The notes beneath the pieces were generated by a model, which saw only the letters and a list, made by a program, of their open reading frames with translations, had not been told where the DNA came from and did not search any database. Of a stretch of DNA of 64,000 nt, positions 17,397 through 26,063 are shown in pieces. The DNA comes from Alphaproteobacteria bacterium. GTDB taxonomy: Bacteria; Pseudomonadota; Alphaproteobacteria; RF32; CAG-239. The stretch is from contig JAGAZZ010000044.1 of assembly GCA_017939155.1 (NCBI GenBank), positions 7,756 to 71,755 on the forward strand, written 5' to 3'. Position 1 is the first letter of the stretch, and each line of letters opens with the position of its first letter. A program made the position numbers and the translations under genes.

Positions 17397-18729
17397 TAAT
17401 CACCGGTTCAAAGGTTGTATAAAAAGTATTTTGCGTCCCCTGTATTAATAAAGAAATAGGTCTTCCTTCATCCAAAAGTGCATCTTGAATGCTGTCTTGC
17501 AGGTTGTCAACGGTATAAATATCATTTCTGTCTGCTTCTAAAATAATGTCACCTTCTTTAATTCCCTTGCCGTAAAGTAAAGATTTTTTCTCAAGCTTGA
17601 CAATCATCAGCCCGCGCGGTGTCGCTTCTTTAACGACCAAATTAAGCTCCGGTAGATAAAAGACACCATCTTCCTCATCTTTATAAGTGTTTTTGCTGCT
17701 TTCAACCAAAGCTTTGTGCGATACAATATTAAGCACATCCGCAGGCATTTCCTGAATACGTATAACGTTTCTTATTTCCTCACCGAAACTAAGCGTTTTT
17801 AAGCGAAGCGCCTGTCCTGGTTCCAACATTTCCGTAAAACGATAAAAAGCGTCTAAATCATCTGCCGACAAATCATTATATTTTGTAATGATATCGCCAA
17901 CCCGCAATCCCTCTTTGTACGCGTTAGATTCTTCGTTAATCTCGGTAATCACAAATCCCGGTGTTTCCGTATATTGGTCAATGCCGTTGGCAACGCTCAT
18001 CCCAAGCCACCCGCGCTTAACTTTTCCGCTGTCAATAAGTTGCGTGGCAACCCACGCCGCAATATTTGACGGCAAAGAAAATCCCACGCCATTAGCGCCG
18101 TGAGAAGCAAAAACAGCCGAATTAACCCCAATAACTTCGCCATCCAAATTAAACATCGGTCCGCCGGAATTTCCTTGGTTAATGGCCGCGTCCGTTTGCA
18201 AATAAGACAAACCCGAAAACCCGATATTTCTTGATTTTGCAGAGATAATTCCCGAAGAAACGCTAATTCCCAAACCGTATGGATTCCCAAAAGCTAAAAT
18301 AATATCGCCGATTCTCGCCTCGTCGGCATTACCGAAAGCAACCGCCTTAAACGGCGTTTTGCCTTTATCAATTTTTAAAACAGCCAAATCGCTCCTTGTG
18401 TCAACGCCAGCCGTCTTTGCCTCGAAAGTTTTGCCGTCATTTGTGATAACCGAAATCTTTTTTGCCCCTTTAATCACATGATAATTGGTCAAAATATGTC
18501 CGTCTTTGCTGATAAAAAAACCGGAACCGAGCGACTCTCTGCCTTTAAGGTCTGGCGCAAGCATCAGGTTGTCAATCTCGCCGTCTTGTGTTTCATTAAC
18601 CTCTTTTTCCGTAGAGATATTGACCACCGACGGCATAACTTCTTCCACTAAATCAGCATAAGAAGAAACCTGTGCCCAAACCGGCTCCGATAAAAACAAT
18701 GCCATAAAAGCAATAACAAAAACGCGCAT
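17380..18729 (-). CDS. degP: Do/DegP-family periplasmic serine endoprotease
   Basis: Has a signal peptide, a trypsin-like domain with GNSGGP and C-terminal PDZ regions. It follows hflKC, as is common in Alphaproteobacteria. Confidence 0.9.
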   Translation of the reverse strand: MRVFVIAFMALFLSEPVWAQVSSYADLVEEVMPSVVNISTEKEVNETQDGEIDNLMLAPDLKGRESLGSGFFISKDGHILTNYHVIKGAKKISVITNDGKTFEAKTAGVDTRSDLAVLKIDKGKTPFKAVAFGNADEARIGDIILAFGNPYGLGISVSSGIISAKSRNIGFSGLSYLQTDAAINQGNSGGPMFNLDGEVIGVNSAVFASHGANGVGFSLPSNIAAWVATQLIDSGKVKRGWLGMSVANGIDQYTETPGFVITEINEESNAYKEGLRVGDIITKYNDLSADDLDAFYRFTEMLEPGQALRLKTLSFGEEIRNVIRIQEMPADVLNIVSHKALVESSKNTYKDEEDGVFYLPELNLVVKEATPRGLMIVKLEKKSLLYGKGIKEGDIILEADRNDIYTVDNLQDSIQDALLDEGRPISLLIQGTQNTFYTTFEPVINDDKN

Positions 18730-18735
18730 ATTACC

Positions 18736-19599
18736 CTACTTTAAAGACCGTCCGAAATAGTTAAAAAATTCGCCTTCGGGAGCTAAAACCATTGATGTTT
18801 CTTCATCAAAAGAATTCCGATAAGCTTCTAAAGAGCGGTAAAAAGCATAAAATTCAGGGTCGGCATTTGTAGCGTTAGTCCAAATTTCAGTAGCTTTTTT
18901 ATCGCCGTCACCTTTAATCTGTTGCGCTTCTTTTTCTGCAGTTGCAATGGTAATCGTGGCGGTTTTGTCCGCTGTTGCACGGATTTCCTGCGCCGTCTTT
19001 TCGCCGTCTGCACGATAGCCTTTAGCTTCTCTAATACGTTCAGTCTTCATCCGGTCATTAATCGCTTGTGATACCTGAATCGGCAAATCTGCTCTGCGGA
19101 TTCTGACATCTGCAACCTCAACCCCTAACTGTGCCGCGTCATTTTTCACCGCGTCGCTGATTTTTTTCATAATCTCGGTTCTTTTTTCCGAAAGCAACTC
19201 TTTTAAGGTAAACGTCGCCAAAACGTTTCTGGCCGAAGAGTTAACAATTTCCTGCAAGCGGTTTTGCGCCTGATATTCATTGCGTACTGTCTTATAAAAT
19301 GTCAGCGGCTCCACAATCCGATAACGAGAAAAGGTATCAACATCGAGTCTTTTCTTGTCTTTTAAAACAACTTCTTGCGCCGGCGGTTCCAAATTAAGCA
19401 ACCGCTTGTCATAAAATACAACATTTTGAATAAACGGAATTTTAAATTTAAGCCCGGGTTCTTGCACCAAGCGAACCGGATTGCCGAATTGCAAAACAAT
19501 CGCTTGCTCAGGCTGTTGCACAATATAAACCGACTGCGCTAAGGCAATAATCAAAACAAGCGCGCCGATTAACACAAATTGCATATTTTTTTTCATCAT
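18736..19599 (-). CDS. hflC: protease modulator HflC
   Basis: SPFH/band-7 domain with an N-terminal TM segment, located downstream of hflK. Confidence 0.9.
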   Translation of the reverse strand: MMKKNMQFVLIGALVLIIALAQSVYIVQQPEQAIVLQFGNPVRLVQEPGLKFKIPFIQNVVFYDKRLLNLEPPAQEVVLKDKKRLDVDTFSRYRIVEPLTFYKTVRNEYQAQNRLQEIVNSSARNVLATFTLKELLSEKRTEIMKKISDAVKNDAAQLGVEVADVRIRRADLPIQVSQAINDRMKTERIREAKGYRADGEKTAQEIRATADKTATITIATAEKEAQQIKGDGDKKATEIWTNATNADPEFYAFYRSLEAYRNSFDEETSMVLAPEGEFFNYFGRSLK

Positions 19600-19616
19600 A
19601 AAAACTCCGTTTTTTT

Positions 19617-20633
19617 TTATTTAAGGGGCAAAATCGGCATCATATTAGAACTCTTTTGTCCGGGTTCCATAATAACCTTTTTGGTCTTTTTAAGCACGTC
19701 TTCCATTGTTTCCAAATAAAGCCTCTTGGCTGTCACAATTCTGCCGCTTCTGTATGCTTCATGAATTAATGCAAAACGCTTTGCCTCACCCTCTGCCTTG
19801 CTGATAACCGCTTGTTTATAGGCTTCGGCTTCCTGCTTGCGTTTAATAGCCTCACCTTCAGCTTTCGGCAAAACCTCATTAGCGTATGCTTCCGCTTCGT
19901 TCTTAAACCGCTCGGCGTCGGTTTTTGCTCTTTGAACTTCGTTAAACGCGTCAACAACCTGCTTCGGCGGGTCTGCCTTTTGCAATTTAACACGCACAAT
20001 ATTAACGCCGGTTTGAAAACCGTCAAGCAACGTTTGTAATTCTTTTTTTGTATCGTTTTCAATTTTATCGCGGTCACCCGTAATCACATCTTCCATTTTA
20101 GACTGACCGATAATCTCTCTTAAAACTGACTGCGCCGCCACCTTAACCGTCGATTCGGGCGTTCTTGTCTTAAACAAAAAGTCTTTTGCGTCTTTAATGT
20201 TCCAAACCACTGTCAAATTGATGTCGACAATATTCTCATCTCCAGTCAGCATGTGGCTTTCCGTAAACTCGTTGATGGTATTGCGCCCGCCGTATTCATT
20301 CTCGCTAACACCCAAATTAAGGCTTCTTTCTTTGCTGACATCAACAATATATACTTCTTCAAACGGGTAGGGCAGGTGATAATGCAACCCCGCGTCGGTT
20401 GTTTTGGCGTATTTTCCTAATCTCAGCACAACACCTTGTTCACTCGGCTGAACCTGATAAAAGCCGGAAATCAGCCACAAAAACAACACCGCGGCTAAAA
20501 TAATTTTATAAAAGCCGTCAAAATCGTTTTTAGATTTTTGCATTTTAGAAATCTTGGCGCCGAAATCAATAATCTTTGTTTTCTCAGCCGCCGCGTCATC
20601 GGATGTATCCCACGGATTAATTTGTTTAACCAT
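19617..20633 (-). CDS. hflK: protease modulator HflK
   Basis: SPFH/band-7 domain with an N-terminal TM segment and a charged coiled C-terminal region. Confidence 0.9.
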   Translation of the reverse strand: MVKQINPWDTSDDAAAEKTKIIDFGAKISKMQKSKNDFDGFYKIILAAVLFLWLISGFYQVQPSEQGVVLRLGKYAKTTDAGLHYHLPYPFEEVYIVDVSKERSLNLGVSENEYGGRNTINEFTESHMLTGDENIVDINLTVVWNIKDAKDFLFKTRTPESTVKVAAQSVLREIIGQSKMEDVITGDRDKIENDTKKELQTLLDGFQTGVNIVRVKLQKADPPKQVVDAFNEVQRAKTDAERFKNEAEAYANEVLPKAEGEAIKRKQEAEAYKQAVISKAEGEAKRFALIHEAYRSGRIVTAKRLYLETMEDVLKKTKKVIMEPGQKSSNMMPILPLK

Positions 20634-20741
20634 AAAAAGAAACCTCTTTGTTTTATCAAATACATTTTATACTGGAAAAATAATACAAAGCTTGTATAAA
20701 AACAATATTGAATAAATTATATCCACATTAGGGAAAAAGTT

Positions 20742-21734
20742 ATGACAACACCGGAAGATAACCAAAAGGTTATAGCAAAATACTTTAAACCACAAGAAAT
20801 ATCCGCCATAAAGGTTTTAGGCTCACGTCTAATCGTAACCATAAACGCTAAGGAAGATGAAACACAGGCAGAAGCCTTAAAACAAGAACTCGCGCAAATA
20901 AATCCGGATAAAAAAGTCAGTGTGGTTTTTGTCAGTGAAAAAAAAGAAGCAGAAAACTTGCCGAGCAAATGGCAGGTTAAAGGTGTAAAACACATTATCG
21001 CCGTAGCTTCCGGCAAAGGAGGGGTCGGCAAGTCTACGACTTCGGTAAATTTGGCTTTGGCCTTGGCAAATCTTAACTTGAAGGTAGCATTGTTTGACGC
21101 GGATATATACGGTCCCTCCGTCCCGATGATGCTGGGCTATGGCAAAACTCCGCCGGTATCGTATGACGGCAAAACCTTTGAGCCGTTTATGGAATGCTCT
21201 ATAAAATCTATGTCAATCGGCAGTATGATTTCCGATGATACCGCGTTAATTTGGCGCGGTGCCAAAGCTTGTGGCGCCATAGAACAGCTCCTTACGCAAA
21301 CCAATTGGGGAGAAATTGACGTGATGGTGATTGATATGCCCCCCGGAACAGGCGATATTCAAATCACAATGTCGCAAAAAATAGATTTTTCCGGTGCGGT
21401 TATCGTTTCTACCCCGCAGGATATAGCTTTGATTGACGCAATAAAGGGAATCAATTTGTTTAACAAAATCGGCGTTCCCGTTTTGGGCGTGGTTGAAAAT
21501 ATGAGTTATTATATTTGTGAAAAATGCGGTCATCGGGCAGAGATTTTTGGTCATGCCGGCGCAGAAAAAACAGCGCAAAAGTATAACATAGACTTTTTAG
21601 GTGAAATTCCGCTTCATTATGACATCAGGTCAAATGCCGATTCCGGCACGCCCATCGTCCAAAGTGCGCCGGACAGCCCGTATGCAAAAGCCTATGGAGA
21701 TATAGCCCAAAAAATCACTCAAAAACTAAAGTAA
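20742..21734 (+). CDS. apbC: Fe-S cluster carrier ATPase (Mrp/ApbC/NBP35 family)
   Basis: Deviant Walker A SGKGGVGKST and the CEKCGH (CxxC) cluster-binding motif. Confidence 0.9.
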   Translation: MTTPEDNQKVIAKYFKPQEISAIKVLGSRLIVTINAKEDETQAEALKQELAQINPDKKVSVVFVSEKKEAENLPSKWQVKGVKHIIAVASGKGGVGKSTTSVNLALALANLNLKVALFDADIYGPSVPMMLGYGKTPPVSYDGKTFEPFMECSIKSMSIGSMISDDTALIWRGAKACGAIEQLLTQTNWGEIDVMVIDMPPGTGDIQITMSQKIDFSGAVIVSTPQDIALIDAIKGINLFNKIGVPVLGVVENMSYYICEKCGHRAEIFGHAGAEKTAQKYNIDFLGEIPLHYDIRSNADSGTPIVQSAPDSPYAKAYGDIAQKITQKLK

Positions 21735-21737
21735 AAA

Positions 21738-21764
21738 ACTCCCTGTTTAAAAAAAACAGGGAGT
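21738..21764. terminator. hairpin ACTCCCTGTTT-AAAAA-AAACAGGGAGT
   Basis: Perfect 11-bp stem. On the minus strand it is followed by TTTTT and so terminates gene 21802-22134. The stem sequence recurs at 22218-22240. Confidence 0.7.
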
Positions 21765-21801
21765 CTTACAACATCATTAAGGCTTATAATGCTCATTTGT
21801 G

Positions 21802-22134
21802 TTAGCAAGCCTGAGTATAGTTTGAATATATATATTCAAGCAAAGGCCAAGACAAAAGCACTACCAAAAGGAATAAAAGCAACAAAAAAAGTCGCTGTAT
21901 AAAACAAACTGGCTCATAATAACGGCTTGTAGGGTCAGTCTCATCAGTGTCTGCAAGGTTGGTTATATAACCAAAAGCCATTAAACCAACAAAAGCCACG
22001 GCACAAAAGACTCCACCCCAAAACCATTCAGGATGTTGTCCCATCGAGAGAAACCAACCAATAAAATAACCGGCACCTCCGCCAGCGGACGCAAGTAAAA
22101 GCATCCCATACATAAATTTTAACACTTGTTTCAT
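21802..22134 (-). CDS. small membrane protein (3 predicted TM), no recognisable family
   Basis: I placed the start at the ATG at 22134 (MKQVLKF...), giving 110 aa. The gene sits between shared promoter/leader module b and a hairpin terminator. No SD. Confidence 0.5.
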   Translation of the reverse strand: MKQVLKFMYGMLLLASAGGGAGYFIGWFLSMGQHPEWFWGGVFCAVAFVGLMAFGYITNLADTDETDPTSRYYEPVCFIQRLFLLLLFLLVVLLSWPLLEYIYSNYTQAC

Positions 22135-22208
22135 AATAATTTTTTTTTTAAAGATTAATAATAAAATACTTCGAAGACAAAAATAGCACAAAAAAAGAAT
22201 AAAAGCAA
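22135..22208 (-). promoter_or_regulatory. promoter/leader module b: TTGCTT-17-TATTTT-17-ATTATTAAT-20-ATG
   Basis: -35 at 22203-22208, -10 at 22180-22185 (preceded by the TGTGC extended -10) and box at 22154-22162. The whole spacer is homologous to 22704-22785. Confidence 0.55.
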
Positions 22209-22217
22209 CAAAAAAAT

Positions 22218-22240
22218 TCCCTGTTTATAGCAAACAGGGA
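22218..22240 (-). terminator. hairpin TCCCTGTTT-ATAGC-AAACAGGGA + T-run
   Basis: On the minus strand the stem is followed by TTTTTTT. It terminates gene 22254-22703 and has the same stem as 21738-21764. Confidence 0.75.
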
Positions 22241-22253
22241 GTTTTTAAATGTG

Positions 22254-22703
22254 TCATCTTCTTTTTAGTTTTTTAACCACTTGCGGACAAAGCGCCAAAG
22301 TTGTTGCAAGGGCAAGACCAATGAGCGTTCCAATGCCGCTAAGCTTATCAGCGGCAAATAGACCAATCAGACCGCAAGCAGAAATCATGCAAGAACAGTA
22401 ATAGCCGCCATAAAACCCAACTTTTACAGAAAATAAAAAGTCCCAGTTACGAATACGGAAAACTTTGACAATCAACCAGTACCCGACACCTAAAATTAAT
22501 GCGGCGAGAGCGCCGATTTTAAGCTGTCCAATAGCGTCTGCCATTGTATCTATCTCAACGATAGATACGATATTAAAGACTAATGTCATCGCCAAAATAG
22601 CCGAAGCTAATAGGCATAAGAAGTAAAACACCGGCACGATAGCCTCAATAAACTTCTCACACAGGGTTAGACCGAACCCAATCACACAATCTAATTTTTT
22701 CAT
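22254..22703 (-). CDS. small membrane protein (about 4 TM), no recognisable family
   Basis: 149-aa hydrophobic ORF lying between module c and its hairpin terminator. No SD. Confidence 0.55.
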   Translation of the reverse strand: MKKLDCVIGFGLTLCEKFIEAIVPVFYFLCLLASAILAMTLVFNIVSIVEIDTMADAIGQLKIGALAALILGVGYWLIVKVFRIRNWDFLFSVKVGFYGGYYCSCMISACGLIGLFAADKLSGIGTLIGLALATTLALCPQVVKKLKRR

Positions 22704-22776
22704 AATAATAATTTTTTTTAAGATTAATAATAAAATTCCTAAAACCGAATATACAGCAAATCAAAGTTAAAAGCAA
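22704..22776 (-). promoter_or_regulatory. promoter/leader module c: TTGCTT-17-TATATT-16-ATTATTAAT-19-ATG
   Basis: -35 at 22771-22776, -10 at 22748-22753 and box at 22723-22731. Confidence 0.55.
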
Positions 22777-22785
22777 TAAAAAAAA

Positions 22786-23484
22786 TTACCGATTCGCTTT
22801 ATAAAATTCTTTCCTATGTTTGCGCCCCATTCCCCACAGGTTACCGAGTCCGTTAATCGGTTGAATGATGTATTGTGACTTAAAATTAAAATCTCGGCTT
22901 AAAAAAAGCGACGTTGTTTTTGTGTAATTGTTCATCGGGCAAAAGCCGTAAAAATCAACCTGAATTAAATCGCCTTTTTTTAGGTTGTTAACCGCATCTA
23001 CATATTCTTGACTGGTGTTGATTCTGTCGCTGTCGTCTAAAATAATCATCCCACCGTCATTAAGTTTTTCAAGCGCTGTTCTGGCGCAATCGGCTCGTCT
23101 TTTACCATCAACAATGATAACGTCATATTTCTTTTCATCTTCAAAAATAGCGTTAAAGTACCCCTCTCCCTCATCGCGCCAACGAATATCTAAGTTTTCT
23201 TTTTGAAATTCTTTTTGCCATTTTTCAAACCATTGCGGATTGTCTTCAATACTGGTAACTTGTTTGGCGCGTTCCGCCCAAAATAAAGAAGAATTGCCGC
23301 ACCCGAACTCAAACACTTCTTTATCTGAGTAGTCAAACTGCGACAAATACTCAATCGCCGGATAAGTATACCACGGAATAGGGTTCCCGTCTTTATCCAA
23401 GCACACCTTTTCATCAATCGTCCGCTCAATGGCAAATTCTTTTTGCCACATCTCAATAAATTTTAAAAATTTCTCGCTGTACAT
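22786..23484 (-). CDS. class I SAM-dependent methyltransferase (small-molecule/glycan O-MTase-like)
   Basis: VFEFGCGNSS glycine-rich SAM loop, an acidic residue after beta-2 (SIEDN) and the VIIVDG...MIILDD pattern. The ATG at 23484 is preferred over the GTG at 23493. There is no DPPY/NPPY motif. Confidence 0.65.
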   Translation of the reverse strand: MYSEKFLKFIEMWQKEFAIERTIDEKVCLDKDGNPIPWYTYPAIEYLSQFDYSDKEVFEFGCGNSSLFWAERAKQVTSIEDNPQWFEKWQKEFQKENLDIRWRDEGEGYFNAIFEDEKKYDVIIVDGKRRADCARTALEKLNDGGMIILDDSDRINTSQEYVDAVNNLKKGDLIQVDFYGFCPMNNYTKTTSLFLSRDFNFKSQYIIQPINGLGNLWGMGRKHRKEFYKANR

Positions 23485-23497
23485 TATAATCACATAT

Positions 23498-23532
23498 AAA
23501 AAAGGCGCTCTTTATAAAATAAAGAAACGCCT
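23498..23532 (-). terminator. terminator after gcrA
   Basis: On the minus strand, AGGCGTTTCTTTAT/ATAAAGAGCGCCT forms an imperfect stem followed by TTTTTT. Confidence 0.55.
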
Positions 23533-23548
23533 ATTAAAGTTCATTGCC

Positions 23549-24007
23549 CTAAATCTTGCGTCCGGCTTTAACATAAGCAACGGCAGAGTGTTCTTCGCAA
23601 TAGGTCTGCCCGGTTTTAACTTTTTTGCCGCAAAAACAAAAATCATCATCTCTCGGGTCGCCCAAAGGCCAACGGCAGGTGTGGTTGTCAAGTTTAACCA
23701 AAGGAATATTTGTTTCTTCAACAAAAGAAGCAGGCTCTGTTGTATTCTTTTCCTCTTTTTTTGTTAAAGAAGTAACAGAAGTTTTGCGCGATTCCTTAAC
23801 CGGCTTGCTGTTTTCCTTTTTAGCGGCAGGAGCTTTCTTTGCCGGAACTTTTTTAATCGGTGAAGGACGCGCCGTCAAGCACAAGCGGTGAACTTTGCCG
23901 ATAATGGAATTTTTCGTAACGTTCAAGGCTTTGGCTATCTGTCCGGTTGTCATCCCGCGGTCCCACATTCTTTTAAGTTCTTCAACCGCCTCATCTGTCC
24001 AAATCAT
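23549..24007 (-). CDS. gcrA: cell-cycle transcriptional regulator GcrA
   Basis: The N-terminus WTDEAVEELKRMWDRGMTTGQIAKAL...IIGKVHRL and the C-terminus CRWPLGDP...FCG...YCEEH are both characteristic of GcrA. Confidence 0.9.
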   Translation of the reverse strand: MIWTDEAVEELKRMWDRGMTTGQIAKALNVTKNSIIGKVHRLCLTARPSPIKKVPAKKAPAAKKENSKPVKESRKTSVTSLTKKEEKNTTEPASFVEETNIPLVKLDNHTCRWPLGDPRDDDFCFCGKKVKTGQTYCEEHSAVAYVKAGRKI

Positions 24008-24128
24008 TTTTTTGCTCCTTTAATAAATATTTTTAAAAACCATAACCCACTTTGTTTTAAAATGCAAGTATAACGTTTTTTTAAATTTTTAGATTTATTC
24101 TATCTTAAAATAAAGGATATGGGGTGTT

Positions 24129-25388
24129 ATGTACAAGTTTATAGGCATCATTTTAAGCATAGTTTTGTTTTCATCAGAGGTCTTGGCGAATGCTGCGGAT
24201 TTTGCCTCGTATTTTAAAGTGGATATGAAAGCAGACCTCCCCGATATAAATGAATATATGAAAAAACTTGACCAATCCTACAAGGTTTATGACCGCGGCT
24301 ATATTTCTCGAACCAAAATGGGTACTTCTTTTAATAAAGAATTTAGTCGGACAATTAAATTTTACGGCTTAAGCGAGGGACGTTTGAAAAGCGACTATGA
24401 AGATGAGTTGCTTGAAGTGATAGGTATGCTCCCTAAAGAAATGTACCAATATATTGGTCCTATGCTTCACGAAGTTCCGGGAATGTCTGAAAAAATCTTA
24501 AATTTACCCGGGATAAAAGAAACCAAAAACAAATTCCCCGAAGATATTGCCGAACGTTTCAAAGGTGTGGAAAATCTCGAGTTTATGTCACCGTCGCTCT
24601 ATTTTCTCTTAATGCCTGAAATTTGGGATAAAAAAAAGCAAGAAGATGCTGACAAACCACAGATTACTCGGGTAAAAAAGCCGCGTGTGCAAATAGAGCT
24701 TCCTGATTTCTTAAAAGAAAAAATAAATGCACCCGTCCCAACAGCGCAAAAGCAAAACGCCTCCGCCTTAAAAAAGAAGAAAACATCTCTTTTAGCTGAT
24801 TTAAGAACCTTAAAGCCGACCCTGACTTCTCCTTTAACCACAAAAGATGTGTCCGCTTTTGTAGATACGATAGATGAAGTTATGGATTGGGGGCTAAAAG
24901 ATGATATGCGCAATTTTTCTAAATTAATATCAGCAGAAATGTTGTTAGACCTTTGGGAGACAGAGCAGGGAACGGCGTTAAGCCAAAATGACCTTAAAGA
25001 CGCGGTGAATCCTTGTCAACGTTTGGTGTTAAAAACACGTTTTGCCGGACTTTATTATGATTTTGCAAAAGTTGTTTCCAAACAAGGGTTTAGTCCTGAA
25101 GAGTGGGCTTATACTTGTGATAAAACCATAAAAGGGTTTCGAGTTGCTTCAGCAAATCTAGATACAGCGTATGCCGTTAAGTTCCATCGTAACGGATATT
25201 ATGACGGCTATATTGAAAAATTGCCTAAAAAATGGCGCGATGAGATGTATCAAACCTCGGAAGCTTTTATAAAAATGTATGCGGTTCTTGCCGAAGATGT
25301 TAAAACCGTACAGCCGTTCAAAAAAACTCTTTTAGAGAAATTTATAAAAATTCAGGGTGTTATGCTAACCCAGCCGATAATTTATTAA
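24129..25388 (+). CDS. secreted hypothetical protein
   Basis: 419 aa with a signal peptide (SSEVLANA), a central Lys/Pro-rich linker and SD AAAGGA. I recognise no family. Confidence 0.6.
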   Translation: MYKFIGIILSIVLFSSEVLANAADFASYFKVDMKADLPDINEYMKKLDQSYKVYDRGYISRTKMGTSFNKEFSRTIKFYGLSEGRLKSDYEDELLEVIGMLPKEMYQYIGPMLHEVPGMSEKILNLPGIKETKNKFPEDIAERFKGVENLEFMSPSLYFLLMPEIWDKKKQEDADKPQITRVKKPRVQIELPDFLKEKINAPVPTAQKQNASALKKKKTSLLADLRTLKPTLTSPLTTKDVSAFVDTIDEVMDWGLKDDMRNFSKLISAEMLLDLWETEQGTALSQNDLKDAVNPCQRLVLKTRFAGLYYDFAKVVSKQGFSPEEWAYTCDKTIKGFRVASANLDTAYAVKFHRNGYYDGYIEKLPKKWRDEMYQTSEAFIKMYAVLAEDVKTVQPFKKTLLEKFIKIQGVMLTQPIIY

Positions 25389-25407
25389 ATTTTTTCAAAA
25401 AAAACAG

Positions 25408-25436
25408 TTGCATTTGCGCAAGATATTTTGTATAAG
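25408..25436 (+). promoter_or_regulatory. sigma70-type promoter of rpoZ (TTGCAT-17-TATAAG)
   Basis: The hexamers and 17-nt spacing were read directly. It lies 40 nt upstream of the rpoZ ATG. Confidence 0.45.
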
Positions 25437-25476
25437 CAATCTCAAAGCGTAAAATTCTAATGAAAAGGGTAAAAAA

Positions 25477-25956
25477 ATGGCTCGTGTAACAGTTGAAGAC
25501 TGTGTAGAAAAAATTCCTAACCGCTACGAACTCCTTTTGGTTGCAGCTCAAAGGGCAAAAGATATTGCCGCCGGTTCGCCGATAAAGGTAGAACGTGACA
25601 ATGATAAAAATTCTGTTGTCGCTTTAAGAGAAATTGCTGAGGATTTGGCAGATATTGAAGAATTGCAGAAATCTCTCGTTATGGGCTTACAAAAATATGT
25701 TGAAGTTGAAGAACCTGAGGAAGAAGAGCTGGAAATTTTGGCCGCAGAAAAAGAACTCTCCGGCTTAGACAGTCAGTTTGACGGGGAAACGATTCTTGAT
25801 GCCGCTTTAGCAGAAAGTATGCAAATAGAAGACAGTAACGGCGAAACGCTTGATGTCGAAACAGATGATATTTCTTTGGATGATGCTGATTTGGATGACG
25901 AGCTTTTAGACGTTAAAGATGACTTCTCCGATGATATGGACGGTTTAGACGAATAA
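25477..25956 (+). CDS. rpoZ: RNA polymerase subunit omega with a long acidic C-terminal tail
   Basis: [26 protein letters not shown] is canonical. The C-terminal ~90 aa are strongly Asp/Glu-rich. Confidence 0.9.
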   Translation: MARVTVEDCVEKIPNRYELLLVAAQRAKDIAAGSPIKVERDNDKNSVVALREIAEDLADIEELQKSLVMGLQKYVEVEEPEEEELEILAAEKELSGLDSQFDGETILDAALAESMQIEDSNGETLDVETDDISLDDADLDDELLDVKDDFSDDMDGLDE

Positions 25957-25981
25957 TTTTTTTATAAAATTAAAGATTCGT

Positions 25982-26018
25982 AAAGCAAGATGTATTAAAA
26001 CATATCTTGCTTTTTTTT
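25982..26018 (+). terminator. Rho-independent terminator after rpoZ
   Basis: AAAGCAAGAT...ATCTTGCTTT forms a stem of at least 10 bp, followed by TTTTTTTT. Confidence 0.7.
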
Positions 26019-26063
26019 AATTTTGCAATAAAATATATAACGTCAGTATAAAAAAGAGGGAAT

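Noticed and set aside
22786-23484. The methyltransferase next to gcrA as a CcrM-like DNA methyltransferase
   Set aside because: It has no (D/N)PP(Y/F) catalytic motif and is only about 230 aa. It looks like a small-molecule or glycan O-methyltransferase.
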